Source: Octopus bimaculoides
Taxonomy: Eukaryota
Assembly (NCBI RefSeq): GCF_001194135.2
Contig: NC_068998.1
Coordinates: forward strand, 55,363,661-55,395,766
Direction of reading: 5' to 3'
DNA length: 32,106 nt
Below, piece after piece: positions 9,737-22,259 of the stretch. The notes under the pieces were generated by a model, which searched no databases, was not told the origin of the DNA, and saw only the letters and a program-made list of their open reading frames with translations. Both the position numbers and the translations under genes were made by a program. Numbering within the stretch: position 1 is the first letter of the stretch; every line of letters begins with the position of its first letter.

Positions 9737-10834
9737 GTATATATATGCGTAAATATATATGAATATATGTGTATGTGTGTGTGTGAATGCTTGCATGTAT
9801 GTATGATTCATGAGTACGATCTTGTTAAACGAGTATTGAAATGTGAAAGAATACAGTTTATCGAGGAAAGAAAAACAAAAAGAAAAAAAGCAAGAGAGAA
9901 AAAGAAAGAATTCTTTGATTGCGGAAAAGTAGCTATCCTTCAGGTGTGTGTGTTGTGTGAACTAAAGCCATTCAAGGTGCGTAGGCTGAAAAGGAAAAGA
10001 TGACCTGCAATAACAACCGACCAAGTCACTAACCTACCTGAGAAATGATGCTGTCAACATTGGTCTGAATTGATGAAACTAAGATGCGAATGACGTCATA
10101 GCTTACAAGAACAATAACGACGACGATCCCCCCCATCCATCCGCCCACCATCACAACAACAGCAATAGCAATAAATACAACAAAAACAGTAACAGCAGCA
10201 GCAGCAGCAACATATACAACAAATCCAAGATGTTGCCAGAAGTAAAAGATTCTCAGTGTGAACCCAAAGCATTGTGTTAAGAGTTTTTATGTCTTACACT
10301 ACCGAGGGGGGCCTACTACTGGTTGTTGGACATGCTAAAAATAGCAGTCATATATCTTTCAAATCATACTTTGTCTTTTAAAAAAAACGAAAGACGCATT
10401 GGAGAATCGTGGTTGAGATATAAACAAGTTGGGATGGTCACGACTGGAACATCTTTTATTATTGGTCTGTTCAGTGAACGCGAACTGGAAATAAACAACA
10501 ACAACAATATTAAAAGAAGTCACACTTCACTAAGCTGTAAAACAGGTACCACACAGTTGGAAGAACTCGTCATTCAACTCTCTCAATTCTTTGACCGGCA
10601 GAAATTTCCCATCCTCACCCTTCCCCAGGAAGAAATTATGGGTTTCTGACAAAAAAATCTAGGAATTTCAAGGTGTAAAATGCTTTTAGATTGAAAATGC
10701 TCTTTATCATTATTCTTCCTGTTTTTGCAAGATATTTGCCCAAAATATTTGTTTTAAAGATACTAAACTAATTTATTTATATTCCTCTTCTTTCGCTTGA
10801 AAAATTAACTTCTAATGAATAGATGCTGTTCAAA

Positions 10835-11240
10835 TTGGTATTTAGTAAAATCTTGTGCTTTGCCCCATTTATTTTCCATTTCTTGCAACTTTCAACTCTT
10901 CTACACCAGATAGTCTTTGATCATCCAGATTTTTACTCTTTAAATGGTGTCTCTCTCTTTATCGTACCTTTGATACTCTGTTTCAGTCCATTTCGAGACG
11001 GCGGTCAAACAATCTCAGCTGCCGCTGTTTTATTTCATGGACTACATCACTGCTTCTCACTTGACGCTTAGTTGGGCCAGAAGATGCGCTAGATTTTCCT
11101 CAGCCACTCATTATGGAAAATACTGATCCTATTCATGTCCCATTTCACCTCTTACTGCACTCTGAGCTGTAAATTGGAATAGGTCTGTATTGCCCTGACT
11201 TACAGATCGACTAATACCTCACGAACTTTGACAGATCTTG
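10835..11240 (-). mobile_element. Highly decayed RTE-clade LINE, 3' ORF fragment
   Basis: Minus-strand pieces PIPIYSSEC, RISIFHNEWLRKI*RIFWPN and IKQRQLRL...SKTIWCRRVE resemble the RTE C-terminal motifs VLLYGSETW, FxNxCLRxILRIFWPN and GRPKTTWRRTVE. Confidence 0.55.
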
Positions 11241-11424
11241 CTTAAATATATATATTTTTTGTCTTGTTAACTTTTAAGACTGTTAGTGTAATAAATTGTG
11301 TAAAATTCAAGACAACATTGTTTTTCTTACGAAATACAGAAGGAAAATCGGAGAGTTGAACCGGTAAAAGGTAAGAAACACAGATCAAAGAACGCTGCTC
11401 TATGCCAGAGGAGCATTTTGATAA

Positions 11425-12295
11425 TTGCAGTTGTAGAAGTCCACGGCCACCTTCTTTTCTTGGCAGGTGAAGACGTTCTATATTTGCCTTAGGGTGGTGC
11501 ATTCTATGCATTGTCAACAATTTTCGTATTTTTCTGTCAAGTTTACATATTTCAGTAATTGACCAGTTAACGATATTGAAACTGTAAGTCACGACTGGTA
11601 TGGCTAAAGTATTGATCGCTTCGATCCTGTTTCTTGCATTCAGCTCTGTCTTGAGTATTACCCTTACCCTGCGATAACATTTTCTTCTGATCCTTTCCCC
11701 CATCACTTGATGTTTGATTACGTCCCCTTCAAATACCCCTAGGTATTTGTAGCTCTCCTCTGGTTCTAACTCCTTTATGACATTCTGCTGGTCAAGATTA
11801 ACGTTGGAAGTTTCTGTCATATTTTTCCTATGATAAAGGTAGCTTTTGCACATTTATCGAGGCCAAATTGCATCTCCTGATGTCATCCCTGAATTGTTTA
11901 ACAATTGCTAGTAAGCCTTGTAGTTGTTGGTCATTTTTTGCAAAGAGCTTTAAATCATCCATGTAAAAGAGATGACTTATATATTTTCATCAAACATTTT
12001 ATAGCCATATTGGACATTACCGAGCAATTTCAAGAGCGGTATCAGGGCTAGACAAAAGAGGAGTGGTGATAGAGAGTCATCCTGGAAAATGCCACATGAA
12101 ATTCTTACATCTCCAGCATTGAGAGATTCATTGCCACTGTTCAAAGTCAGTGTGGTTCGCCATGATCTTATACTTACAAATAAGAAGTTTCGCAGAGTCG
12201 GTGCTGTTTTATACATTTCCCGACATTTCTTAATCCATCTATGCGGCAGACTATCAAAAGCTTTTTCATAGACCAACATTTACATCCTTTTTTAC
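11425..12295 (-). mobile_element. R4/Dong-clade non-LTR retrotransposon RT fragment
   Basis: Motifs YEKAFDSLPHRWI, GIFQDDSLSPLLFCLAL, HLFYMDDLKLF (11955-11966), YKYLG, AINTLAIPVVTYSF and HHPKANIERLHLPRKEGGRGL; frameshifted. Confidence 0.85.
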
Positions 12296-12302
12296 TACCT
12301 TC

Positions 12303-12374
12303 TTCATCATCATCATCATCACCACCATCACCATCATCATCATCACCCTTACCATCATCGTCGCCGTCGTCGTT

Positions 12375-12423
<49 letters not shown>

Positions 12424-12474
12424 TTATTATTATTATTATTATTGTTATTATTATTATTATTATTATTATTGTTA

Positions 12475-12518
<44 letters not shown>
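12303..12518. repeat. Compound trinucleotide microsatellite (TCA/CCA)n(TCG)n(TTA)n
   Basis: Directly visible; it generates the spurious poly-S/poly-L and poly-N/poly-D ORFs. Confidence 0.95.
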
Positions 12519-12900
12519 AAGGCGGCGAGCTGGCAGAACCGTTAGCACACCAGGTGAAATGTTTTGCGGTATTTCGTCTGCTGTTACGTTCTGAGTTCGA
12601 ATTCCGCCGAGATCGACTTTGCCTTTCATCCTTTCGGGGTCGATTAAATAAGTACCAGTTACGCATTGGGGTCGATACAATCGACTTAATCCGTTTGTCT
12701 GTCCTTGTTTGTCCCCTCTGTGTGTATAGCCCCTTGTGGGCAGTAAAGAAAAAGGTATTTCAACTGTCTTTACGTTCTGAGTTCAAATTCCGCCAAGGTT
12801 GACTTTGCCTTTCATCCCTTCGGGGTCGATAAATTAAGTACCAGTTGTGTACGACTGGTGCTCCCCAAAATTTCAGGTCTTGTGCCTAAAGTAGAAAAGA
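12519..12900 (+). mobile_element. Head-to-tail pair of related tRNA-derived SINEs (Meta-domain-like core)
   Basis: First unit 12519-12750 has head AAGGCGGCGAGCTGGCAG and B-box GAGTTCGAATTCC. Second, 5'-truncated unit is 12752-12900. Both share GACTTTGCCTTTCATCC.TTCGGGGTCGAT.AA.TAAGTACCAGTT but have different tails. Confidence 0.8.
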
Positions 12901-12908
12901 TTACTATT

Positions 12909-12939
<31 letters not shown>

Positions 12940-13722
12940 GTTTGACATTCTTGAATATTCTTTTCTGTAGCTATGATTAATTGCTAGCAGTTACAACGTT
13001 GCTAAAAGGACGAGGAAAGAAGAAATTAAAGTTTTTAGAGGTAAAATTTCTTGATTTTCCTTCAGGAATGAATGGTAATATATTTTGGGTTGATGGAGGA
13101 AATGATAACAAATATCTCATGCTTGAAGAAATGTTGGAATCTTGTTTTTATGGCCAAATGAATAAGGAGAAGAACAGGAATAGCGAAGACATTAAGCACT
13201 GGTAACTGTAATGGTTAGGTGATGATGATGATGAATGATAATTAAAAGGAGGAGGAGTATGGTGGTGTGGTGGGAGTGATTAGGCATAGCAGCAACATTT
13301 TTTTGTATGATCCCGGTTTAAAGAGGAAAGACAAAAATGAAGGTGAGGAGGTGGAGGAGGAGGAGGAAGTAGAAGAAAGGGATGAAGAAGAAGAAGAAGA
13401 GGTGAACAGACACAAGAATGTAGTATTGTTTTCTTTGTATTTGAGTTTATGATTTGATCAATGAACAAAGATTTCAGTTGTGTTGTATAAAACAAGAGAG
13501 ATTTATTTACCAGAAGTTGGAAATCGCTTAGACTTTGTTCTCGATAAAATATTTAGTTTGTTTTAAAAGCGCATTTCTAATGAAAGTATTGATGGCCAAA
13601 TAATTCGTTCAAATAAAAAAAATACAAGGAAAACTCTACAAAATTATATACAGACTCATCTAAAACAACATCTCCGGAGTTCAAATTTTTGTTCCTCTGA
13701 CAACGACAGAATTGGATTAACA

Positions 13723-13744
13723 ATGTTTCAAGAAGAAGCTATAG
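13723..13744 (+). CDS. Candidate first coding exon (MFQEEAI-G) of the Sushi-TM gene
   Basis: ACAATG start, then a strong donor TAG|GTAAGA at 13744/13745 in phase 1, the phase required by the Sushi exon. A possible acceptor lies at 13653 (tatacag). Linkage over a 6.3-kb intron is inference. Confidence 0.4.
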
Positions 13745-14149
13745 GTAAGAAGACATATCTTTCTATAAAAGTTCTGCCTGATCCAGCTTTGTATTGGAAA
13801 CTTACAAACTATCTCATCGCCGAATTTGTTCTCTCCACTTAATTCACATTTATACGAAAACATCATTCGCTCTCCCATCTAATCTTGTCACTCTTTTCTA
13901 TGCATGTTTTGCTTTTCTTCGTTAAACACCCCCCCNNNNNNNNNNAAAATATAGCAGTGGGAAGTGATGGTCTTGTTACATTATCAATAATAAAAGCAAT
14001 CTCGATGAAGTAAAAAAAAAAAGGAACTTCTACATGGTTGCTGGACGGGTTAGAAATCACGTTTTGCCGTCTGAAAAGAAAAAGAACAGCTACATCAGTC
14101 CAGGAATATAATGGTTTCGACATAGAGCCAGCAGTTTTTGGTGGAATGA

Positions 14150-14317
14150 GACAAGTTGATTAAATCGATTCAGCATTTGACTAGTAATTTATTGACCTCG
14201 AAATAATGAAAGGCAAAGTCGACCTCGCTAGAATTTGAACTCAGAACGTAAGGACAGACGAAATGCCGCTTAGTACTTTTGTCCGACGTGCTAATGATTC
14301 TGCCAGATTGCCGCTTT
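14150..14317 (-). mobile_element. SINE copy of the 12519 family, inverted
   Basis: The reverse complement matches head GCGGC.ATCTGGCAGAATC.TTAGCAC, B-box GAGTTCAAATTC and core GACTTTGCCTTTCAT. Confidence 0.7.
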
Positions 14318-15237
14318 AACTCCAAGAATGTAAGACGAGATGGCTAGGTTGGAGCGTCTTTCATTATAGATTTGGGGAATCAAGTTTAATTATAAATCTA
14401 GTCAATCAAGGCCGACTTGAAGCTAATCAACAAAAATAAAACACTGATAGTAAGACAAAAGAGAAATTCTGGATGTGTGTTTGTGGAGGGGGGGGGGTAC
14501 GTTTACGACTAGAAATCAAAGAAAAAATTTCCAGGACAATATTTTCTTTCTAACATTAGTAATTTAAAGCAGTAGGCACGGCCTTCATCCATTGTTCGGT
14601 TTAACACCACCATCTGACCCTTGGCTGTCTTTGAACCAGATTTCCACCATATATTTCTAATTCTTCTCTCTCCCTCTACCCCCATCTCTCTCCCACAACC
14701 CCCATCTCTCTCCCACAACCTTCCTCTATCCACNNNNNNNNNNNNNNNNNNNNNNNNNNNNNNNNNNNNNNNNNNNNNNNNNNNNNNNNNNNNNNNNNNN
14801 NNNNNNNNNNNNNNNNNNNNNNNNNNNNNNNNNNNNNNNNNNNNNNNNNNNNNNNNNNNNNNNNNNNNNNNNNNNNNNNNNNNNNNNNNNNNNNNNNNNN
14901 NNNNNNNNNNNNNNNNNNNNNNNNNNNNNNNNNNNNNNNNNNNNNNNNNNNNNNNNNNNNNNNNNNNNNNNNNNNNNNNNNNNNNNNNNNNNNNNNNNNN
15001 NNNNNNNNNNNNNNNNNNNNNNNNNNNNNNNNNNNNNNNNNNNNNNNNNNNNNNNNNNNNNNNNNNNNNNNNNNNNNNNNNNNNNNNNNNNNNNNNNNNN
15101 NNNNNNNNNNNNNNNNNNNNNNNNNNNNNNNNNNNNNNNNNNNNNNNNNNNNNNNNNNNNNNNNNNNNNNNNNNNNNNNNNNNNNNNNNNNNNNNNNNNN
15201 NNNNNNNNNNNNNNNNNNNNNNNNNNNNNNNNNNNNN

Positions 15238-15928
15238 ATTGTCGGAGATTTATCCTAGAAATTCAGAATATGAAATGCAATCATGGAAATCTTAACAGAA
15301 TATAGAAAGATGGCTTCGACAGAAATTTGGTTTCCTGGACGGCAGACACGAAATGAAAGAGAATAGAATTCCTCACTATTGAGGTGCTTCGGTGCGAAAA
15401 TAGATTTCGGTCATTTTGTACCCACATCTTCATCTGACTCTTCAAAATAAATCGCCAAAGCATTGTTTGTAACTATACACACTATTGTTTAATTTAAAAA
15501 AAGTTAAATATTAAAAGAAATGGGTCGCAAAGGTATCTCTGACATGGGGTCGCAATCGTAAAGTGGTTCATGGCTAAATAAATTATCTAGACAAATATTT
15601 CTTGAGTTTTGTAAAAGAACTCCCGAGTTCCAACTCTGAGATAAAGTGTCTTTTAAGAAATCGAAATGAAAATAGAAATTTACGCAGCAGCATTATTTAA
15701 TAGTTGCTTATTGAAGCCATCAAAAGACCTTAGTTGAAACAATTTGATGTAGACTAAACTGGCAATGAATATACGGAAGCACCTCAATAGTGAGGAATTC
15801 TATTCTCTTTCATTTCGTGTCTGCCGTCCAGGAAACCAAATTCCTGTCGAAGCCATCTTTCTATATTCTGCTAAGATTTCCATGATTGCATTTCATATTC
15901 TGAATTTCTAGGATAAATCTCCGACAAT
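15238..15928. repeat. 153-bp near-perfect inverted repeat (15238-15390 / 15776-15928) around a 385-bp spacer; foldback or MITE-like
   Basis: Manual alignment gives 151 of 153 identity with no indels. The left arm abuts a gap, so the true end and any TSD cannot be seen. Confidence 0.85.
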
Positions 15929-16729
15929 TTATCGAATGTTTTGTTTCGCTTTGTTAATAGAATCTATAAAGGTTTCAGTAATATCCACGATAGAAATAAA
16001 TATCAACTCTCTAACTGTATAAATTAGTTTATAATGATGGAAGTTAATTAAGAACGGCGCAACAGAAATATTCTGAAGTTTTGAACTGTCATATCGTAAA
16101 TGTCGATGACTTTGGTAGCTTAATCCAGCATTAAATAACTGTGTGGTTGATAAAAAAGAAAATATTGATACAAGTGATAAATATTCTCTAATTTCATACG
16201 AAATTGAAGTATACGATTATGATGTTCTAATAATGAACGGCTGGTCTTGGTGGCGGTATTTCATTATAAACCATTAACGGACGCAATACTATTTCGTTGT
16301 GAACCAGTCATGGAGACGATGATATTTTGCTATGAACTCTTGGTCTTAACAATGGTATTTCACTTATAAAACATTAATCAAGACAATAGTAATCTGTTTC
16401 GAGAGCTTGAAAAATAATTACACAGAAATGAGTTCGCAAAATATCAAAAAGTCAGTTGTTGTTGTTGTTGCAGTTGTTTATTTGGCCGTACTTTTTCTTT
16501 GGTTTTGCTATTTTTTCACTTCTTATTTGGGGTAAGGTGGAGGGAGCGATGTCCATGACCCTTTTTAGGATCTCCGAGACTGGTGGGAGAGAGAGAGAGA
16601 GAGAAAGGGAGGTATCCTTAGCTGGAGATCTGGTCCGAATCTTGCAACAGGATTAGCCTCATCTGGGGTCACACAAGGACCAGGTGATGGAATTAAACCG
16701 GGCGAAGAATTTAGTTTAGCACTCTCCGG

Positions 16730-17340
16730 GTATCTATTTAAAATTGTATACGACAGTGGTGCGGCCACACTTGGAATTTGCCTCACCAGTCTGGAACCCC
16801 TACCTTACTCAGAATATAAGTCTCCAGGAAACTGTTTAGAAACCTGCAACAAAATAAATACCCGCCGTCAGACATCTTACCATACTCTGAGCNNNNNNNN
16901 NNNNNNNNNNNNNNNNNNNNNNNNNNNNNNNNNNNNNNNNNNNNNNNNNNNNNNNNNNNNNNNNNNNNNNNNNNNNNNNNNNNNNNNNNNNNNNNNNNNN
17001 NNNNNNNNNNNNNNNNNNNNNNNNNNNNNNNNNNNNNNNNNNNNNNNNNNNNNNNNNNNNNNNNNNNNNNNNNNNNNNNNNNNNNNNNNNNNNNNNNNNN
17101 NNNNNNNNNNNNNNNNNNNNNNNNNNNNNNNNNNNNNNNNNNNNNNNNNNNNNNNNNNNNNNNNNNNNNNNNNNNNNNNNNNNNNNNNNNNNNNNNNNNN
17201 NNNNNNNNNNNNNNNNNNNNNNNNNNNNNNNNNNNNNNNNNNNNNNNNNNNNNNNNNNNNNNNNNNNNNNNNNNNNNNNNNNNNNNNNTTTTTTTAGTTG
17301 TAGTGCACCTGAGCACTGTATACAATAATTTCCTTCATCA
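16730..17340 (+). mobile_element. CR1-clade LINE 3' end spanning an assembly gap
   Basis: LYTTVVRPHLEFASPVWNPYLTQNI...V*KPATK*IPAVRHL matches the CR1 ORF2 C-terminus (LVRPHLEYAxxVWxP). After the gap comes a 3'-UTR-like GTAGTGCACCTGAGCACTGTATACAATAAT. Confidence 0.75.
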
Positions 17341-18084
17341 TTAAATGTGTGTGTGTTGACTTTCTGTGCAACATTTTATGGTTGTTAGTCAATGTAATGT
17401 CACCCCCACCCCCCAGCCACTTCTGGTTCCCACTCAGGGGTACCACTGTTCAATAATTGATGCAATAATTGATGTTCAATAATTGATGCAAGACTTGGCT
17501 TTTCTATTTCTCTCTCCTTCTCCTCTTGTGCTCAAAACCTTCCCCATCTATTTCTAGCTGCCTCTCTACCTATCTCCTGCCTTACATTTCTTCCTCTCCC
17601 CATCTCTCTCAACTACAGACTGTTTATCTTTATTTCTTTCTCTCTCTCTCTTTCTTTCTACTTGCTCTTCTCCACTCTACCCCGTCTCACTTTCTTCACA
17701 TTTTGGTACCAAAAGACCATCCAATATTTTATCACTCATCTTTTTTCTACTTGACCACTGCATAGGTAAGACATGTATTTTGTTTCATCTCCTGCCTAGC
17801 ACTCACTTACCTTTTCACTTTTCATTCCTTTCTTTCCTTCTCTCTTTCTTCCCTTCTACCCTCCTCCTGAGCCTTCTCATTGTACCTCTGGAACACAAGC
17901 ACCACTATTTTCTTCGTTTTTTGTTAGTTTTCGTCATGTAATGTCCCACGTTTTGAAATACTTGCAATTTGTATTTTTACTGCTTATGTTTGCTCCGCTT
18001 GATATATTTCCAAAATTAAACATTTTAATATGCAAAATATACTTCACACTATTTACATATACTATACGTTAATGCAAAAAATAT

Positions 18085-18574
18085 TGTGTTTATTGACTAT
18101 CTTCAAAATGATCACACCATGAATGGCAACTTCAATGCCAACTTGCTGAGGCAGTTATGAAAGGTTATCAAGACTAAACACCCAGAAAAACCGATGAATG
18201 GGGTTTTTGTTTCATTAGGGACAATGCTTCAGCACACAAGTCCATGCTTTCAATGGCTGCTGTGCATGACTGGCTTTCAACTGGTTGATCACCCCTTCCC
18301 TATGTTAGTGATTTGGTTCCATCTGGTTATCATCCGTTTCCCAACATAGAAAAACACTCAGCTGGGCACCAGTATCACTGTGATGATGATGATGATGTAT
18401 TGTCTGCTGTTGATGACCATTCTGACCAACAGAATAGCTTCTTCACCAGTTGCGATCCAAGCACTGCAACTACTTAGGAAAGTGTGTGGACAGTAAAAGA
18501 GGAACTACATTAAGAAATGGTCACATTCATTAGGTCCCATTCCGTGAGAGTGTCTTGCTCAGCCGACCCTCATA
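18085..18574 (+). mobile_element. Decayed mariner (irritans/Hsmar2-like) 3' fragment
   Basis: Frameshifted IDYLQ..HT.NG...ANLLRQL, DNASAHKS, LVDHP, DLVPSGYH.FPN and KCVD. It ends in a TIR-like CAGCCGACCCTCATA. Confidence 0.7.
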
Positions 18575-20070
18575 ATAATAAAAATTATTATTATACCTGC
18601 ATTTGTTTTAGTGTTAGCATTGAAAAAAATCCACATTTTTCATAAGATTATTTGGACCTGAGCTTGCACCCCCCCAAAGCAAATTTTGTTACTGGGCCAC
18701 TGACACCACTCATCAATAATTCTTCCATTGAATCACTTCAGGGTGTGTTTTTTTAACCAATCTTTGTCATCCACCTTGATCTTGTGTTTTGTTATGTGTT
18801 CTGAAAATCTCATTCCATGAACCACTCTCTTCTTCATTATCCTTTTCTCCCTTTTGTTTATTTTTCTGAAAATAATTGTATTTGCTCATGTTCCACTCAT
18901 TCTACTGATCTAACCAAATTACTGCCTATCTCTTCACCTTACTTCTTCTATCAGTTGCCTTTTCTCTTCTTGCTTCTATGCATTCTTCATTTCAACCAAC
19001 ACATCTTTGCCTTAATTCATGCCTTAGAACCTTCAAAGTCATTAGCTCAAAGTTCAATAGTTCGGTTCGATAGTAAAAACAGTGGCTACAATGAAATATG
19101 AATTTTAATATATTTTCATTCTTATAATAGATTTTACAGTTTACAATAAAAATTTAGATGTCAACATTGCTTAAAAATATAGAAAATAGAACCTTCTATT
19201 AAATGCCATATAATTTTTATTGATGTCCTTTTTAAATTAAAACTTTACTGGGTTTGGAGCATCTATGTGGCTGCTTGATATACTAGAAACACAGCCAAAT
19301 CTTTGTCTAACCACACCTTACCTTTTTTTTTTTTTTTTGATAAACAATGACATTATGGACAAGCTTTAGTTATACAGTTATACAAAAAGACGAGATGGTC
19401 ATGGCTGGAAGTCTTTTGATCATAGAACTGTTTGATTGGCGTTGGCCTGAAACTAAATGGCAGCAACAATTTCTTTGCTGTTCTTCCCCCTATTTCGATA
19501 AAATAAGATCACTATATATTTAAATCAACAATAATCTTTCCTGATAATACTTTGACATTTAAGAATTAAAAAGAAATTGAGAGTCTATGAAATGTAGTCC
19601 GTCTGTAGAAGTAATTCTAACTTTTCATGTATTCCTTTGTCGATTCATAAATGGGGCACCACGGCGCTTTTGTGTGCTGCAAAAGGTATCAAAGTGTGTG
19701 CTTTGCAAATTTTTTAGAAATAAATTTAAAGTTTTAGAAAATCCTCACTAATAACTGAATGTCTTGGAAAACGTGTAATTTATAATTTTATTGTACATAA
19801 CTATGATTAATATAAGACAGTAAGCAATAGTTTTTCTACATCCTTTTTCTTTTTTTATATTTTTAACTTTAAAACATAACTTTTTAAAAAACATTTCCAT
19901 GTGACATATGCTGTGAACTTTTTATTTCATCTCCAGCATTCTACAATGTTCAAAACATTGAGAACCACTGCAATAATTAGTTGCGAAGTCATTTGAAACA
20001 GATCTACTCTCACATTTGATATCCAATTATCTTTAATTTTATTTAATTTCAAAATATTTTTCTCTTTCAG

Positions 20071-20274
20071 GTGGCTGTCCTCCACTGAACAATCTGACAG
20101 AAAATCCACAAATTATAACTGAAGATAATGCACACATATTACGACTGAGTAATTATAACAACCATGTTGGTACAAAGGTAAACGTTAGCTGTCCATTTCC
20201 ATTTGTTCTTGAAGGAGAGAAAACACTAACATGTTTATCAAACAAATTATGGTCAACAAACGCCACTTGTTTGT
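20071..20274 (+). CDS. Exon encoding one Sushi/CCP/SCR domain
   Basis: Acceptor tctctttcag|, donor |gtaagt, 204 bp, phase 1-1. It reads GCPPLNNLTENPQIITEDNAHILRLSNYNNHVGTKVNVSCPFPFVLEGEKTLTCLSNKLWSTNATCL, with four Cys, the LxG..LTC and WS motifs, and three N-glycosylation sequons (NLT, NVS, NAT). Confidence 0.9.
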
Positions 20275-21519
20275 GTAAGTTTCTTTTTTAAGTAATATTA
20301 AATTTTTAACAGCAATTAATTTTTTTTAAATATGAAAAATCTTTTAAATCTTGCTGAAACTTGTCCTGTATTGCATTGTACAACTGGCATCTCAAATTCA
20401 TACTTATCTATTTATCAAACATTAGTTTATCTGTCTATTTCTACCTCTTTCCTGTTCTTGCTAACCACTGTTTCGCTGAAGAAACTTATCAAGATCGAAA
20501 CATGTCAAGAGTTATCGTTGTTCCACCACCACATGACTTTGAATCTTGATTTGTTTCTGATGCCTTTGTCCATTTCAAGCATTTTCTAAAATTATATTCT
20601 GACTTTGCATACCTGCATTTGGTATTGTAAACTATGTTTACTCCCACCTTGATATGAGAAAAATCACCAGTAATTAGAATTGTCATAGTCATTACATTAA
20701 GTATGCAAATAGTTACTTCATTATCTACAATCACAGTTTAGGCTTTATCACTTCAGTTCTTCCAAAATTGTTTGTTGTTAAATCCTGCGACATGTCAATT
20801 TATCCAGTGGGAAAACATAAGAAAGAAAGAAAACCGTGAGAAAATATTTTACGACTAATATTCTAAATAGCAACAGTAAACAAACAAGCAAGCAAATAAA
20901 TAAAGATAAGCGTACAACAAATGAATAAAAGAATATTGTCCAAATTTCGTCATGGTATGGTGGCCAATAGATGATTAACCACTCAAATATTTGTTCTTAA
21001 CTGTATGCCAGTGCCATGAATAACTCGAGGCTGTCTTTTGTGTGTGAGTGCACACGTGTACATACAAACCTCTTCAGAATCCACATGGTGTTCTGGGATA
21101 CACAAAGGGAATCGTGACAGCTAATGAGTGTTGTTAGCTTTCAGCTCTGCAAACTAGTCTTTGTCAGTTCATTTTTTTGTAGTCAGTACCTTGTATATTT
21201 TTTTACATCAATAGGTATGGTTGAGCACCAGGAAATGTGATTGCTTGCGAGTTCTTCCCATAGTTTAGGATATCTTGCACCGTTTCAACCTGTGCCAGAA
21301 CTGATCTTTTAACCTCTGCTTTTGGTCTCTTTGTCACTGAGCTCCTTCACCACTACACGTGCACAGACGTTTGTGGGTGTGTGTGTATGATACAATATAC
21401 ACCAGAGCAAAGTAGCTGGTTCTAAAATCTCTATGAGAGACATAAGTAGTAACAGTACTGGAGAATAATGTTTGTTGCCACTTCAACATGGCTGTTCCAT
21501 ACAGAACTACATTATTACC

Positions 21520-21720
21520 ATTTTTTTAAGGACAAACGAGTGCCATGTCTAGCAGACAGGTGTCCAGTACCGATGGAGGAAATACCCTGAAACCAAGCTG
21601 GTCTTGTCACTGCTAGATGGTAGGGGTTTGCTCCCTTACTCGCAATATATTGGACACAGGTTGTGTCATTAACCAGTTGCAGAAGATGTCCTCCTGGGGT
21701 TACACTTGATGTCATTTTGA
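21520..21720 (-). mobile_element. LINE (CR1/Jockey-like) APE endonuclease fragment
   Basis: LLQLVNDTTC...ANPYHLAVTRP...SSIGTGH loosely matches LxQLVxxPT...NxLDLxLT...SPLGxSDH. Confidence 0.4.
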
Positions 21721-22259
21721 AATGCAATGGTTGCAAAATTTTAAACAAAGAATGTCATTATTTAGAAATCAAAGAAACATTGTATATCCAACTTGACTGT
21801 TTAGTTTGAGGTAAACTAAAAGCAAAGCTGAGTCTACATCAATACCGCTTCCTGCTAAAAGTCAAAATGATACACGTATGGTCTCCTTCACTTACACACA
21901 AATATACATCAGTCGATTTATACAGCAGTTGCTTGTGTGTTTCTACTTCTTTCATTCCCTACCTTTTACTCTTTCTATTCTTCTTCTCAGTATTGAACCA
22001 AAAAGGGAACAGTTGCTTAACATGCTAGAAATAGCAACCATATCTCCTTCGAATAAAAACCAGGAAGGCTACACTACAACTGAACTAGTTCTAAACAACA
22101 ATAGCAACCATGGCGGAGGTAAAGAATACGCACGCCATCCGTTTTTGGTGCAACCCTAATCTTAAATGCCAAAGATAGGTGGTGTGCATATTTTTTACCT
22201 TTGCCAGTAACCATAACACATTCTTTATTCTAACCAGCTTCCTGCTATTTTTGTTGCAG

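Noticed and set aside
12174-12680. Poly-N/D and poly-S/L ORFs that look like an acidic or TM protein
   Set aside because: Trinucleotide array plus SINE sequence; no splice or homology support.
14681-14720. 20-bp direct repeat x2 (and a short tandem at about 17447-17490) as a CRISPR-like or regulatory array
   Set aside because: Only two or three adjacent units, no spacers, eukaryotic low-complexity context next to gaps.
21020-21082. Third hammerhead candidate CTGAAGAGG...CCTCGAG on the minus strand
   Set aside because: No GAAA after stem II and no stem I or III could be formed.
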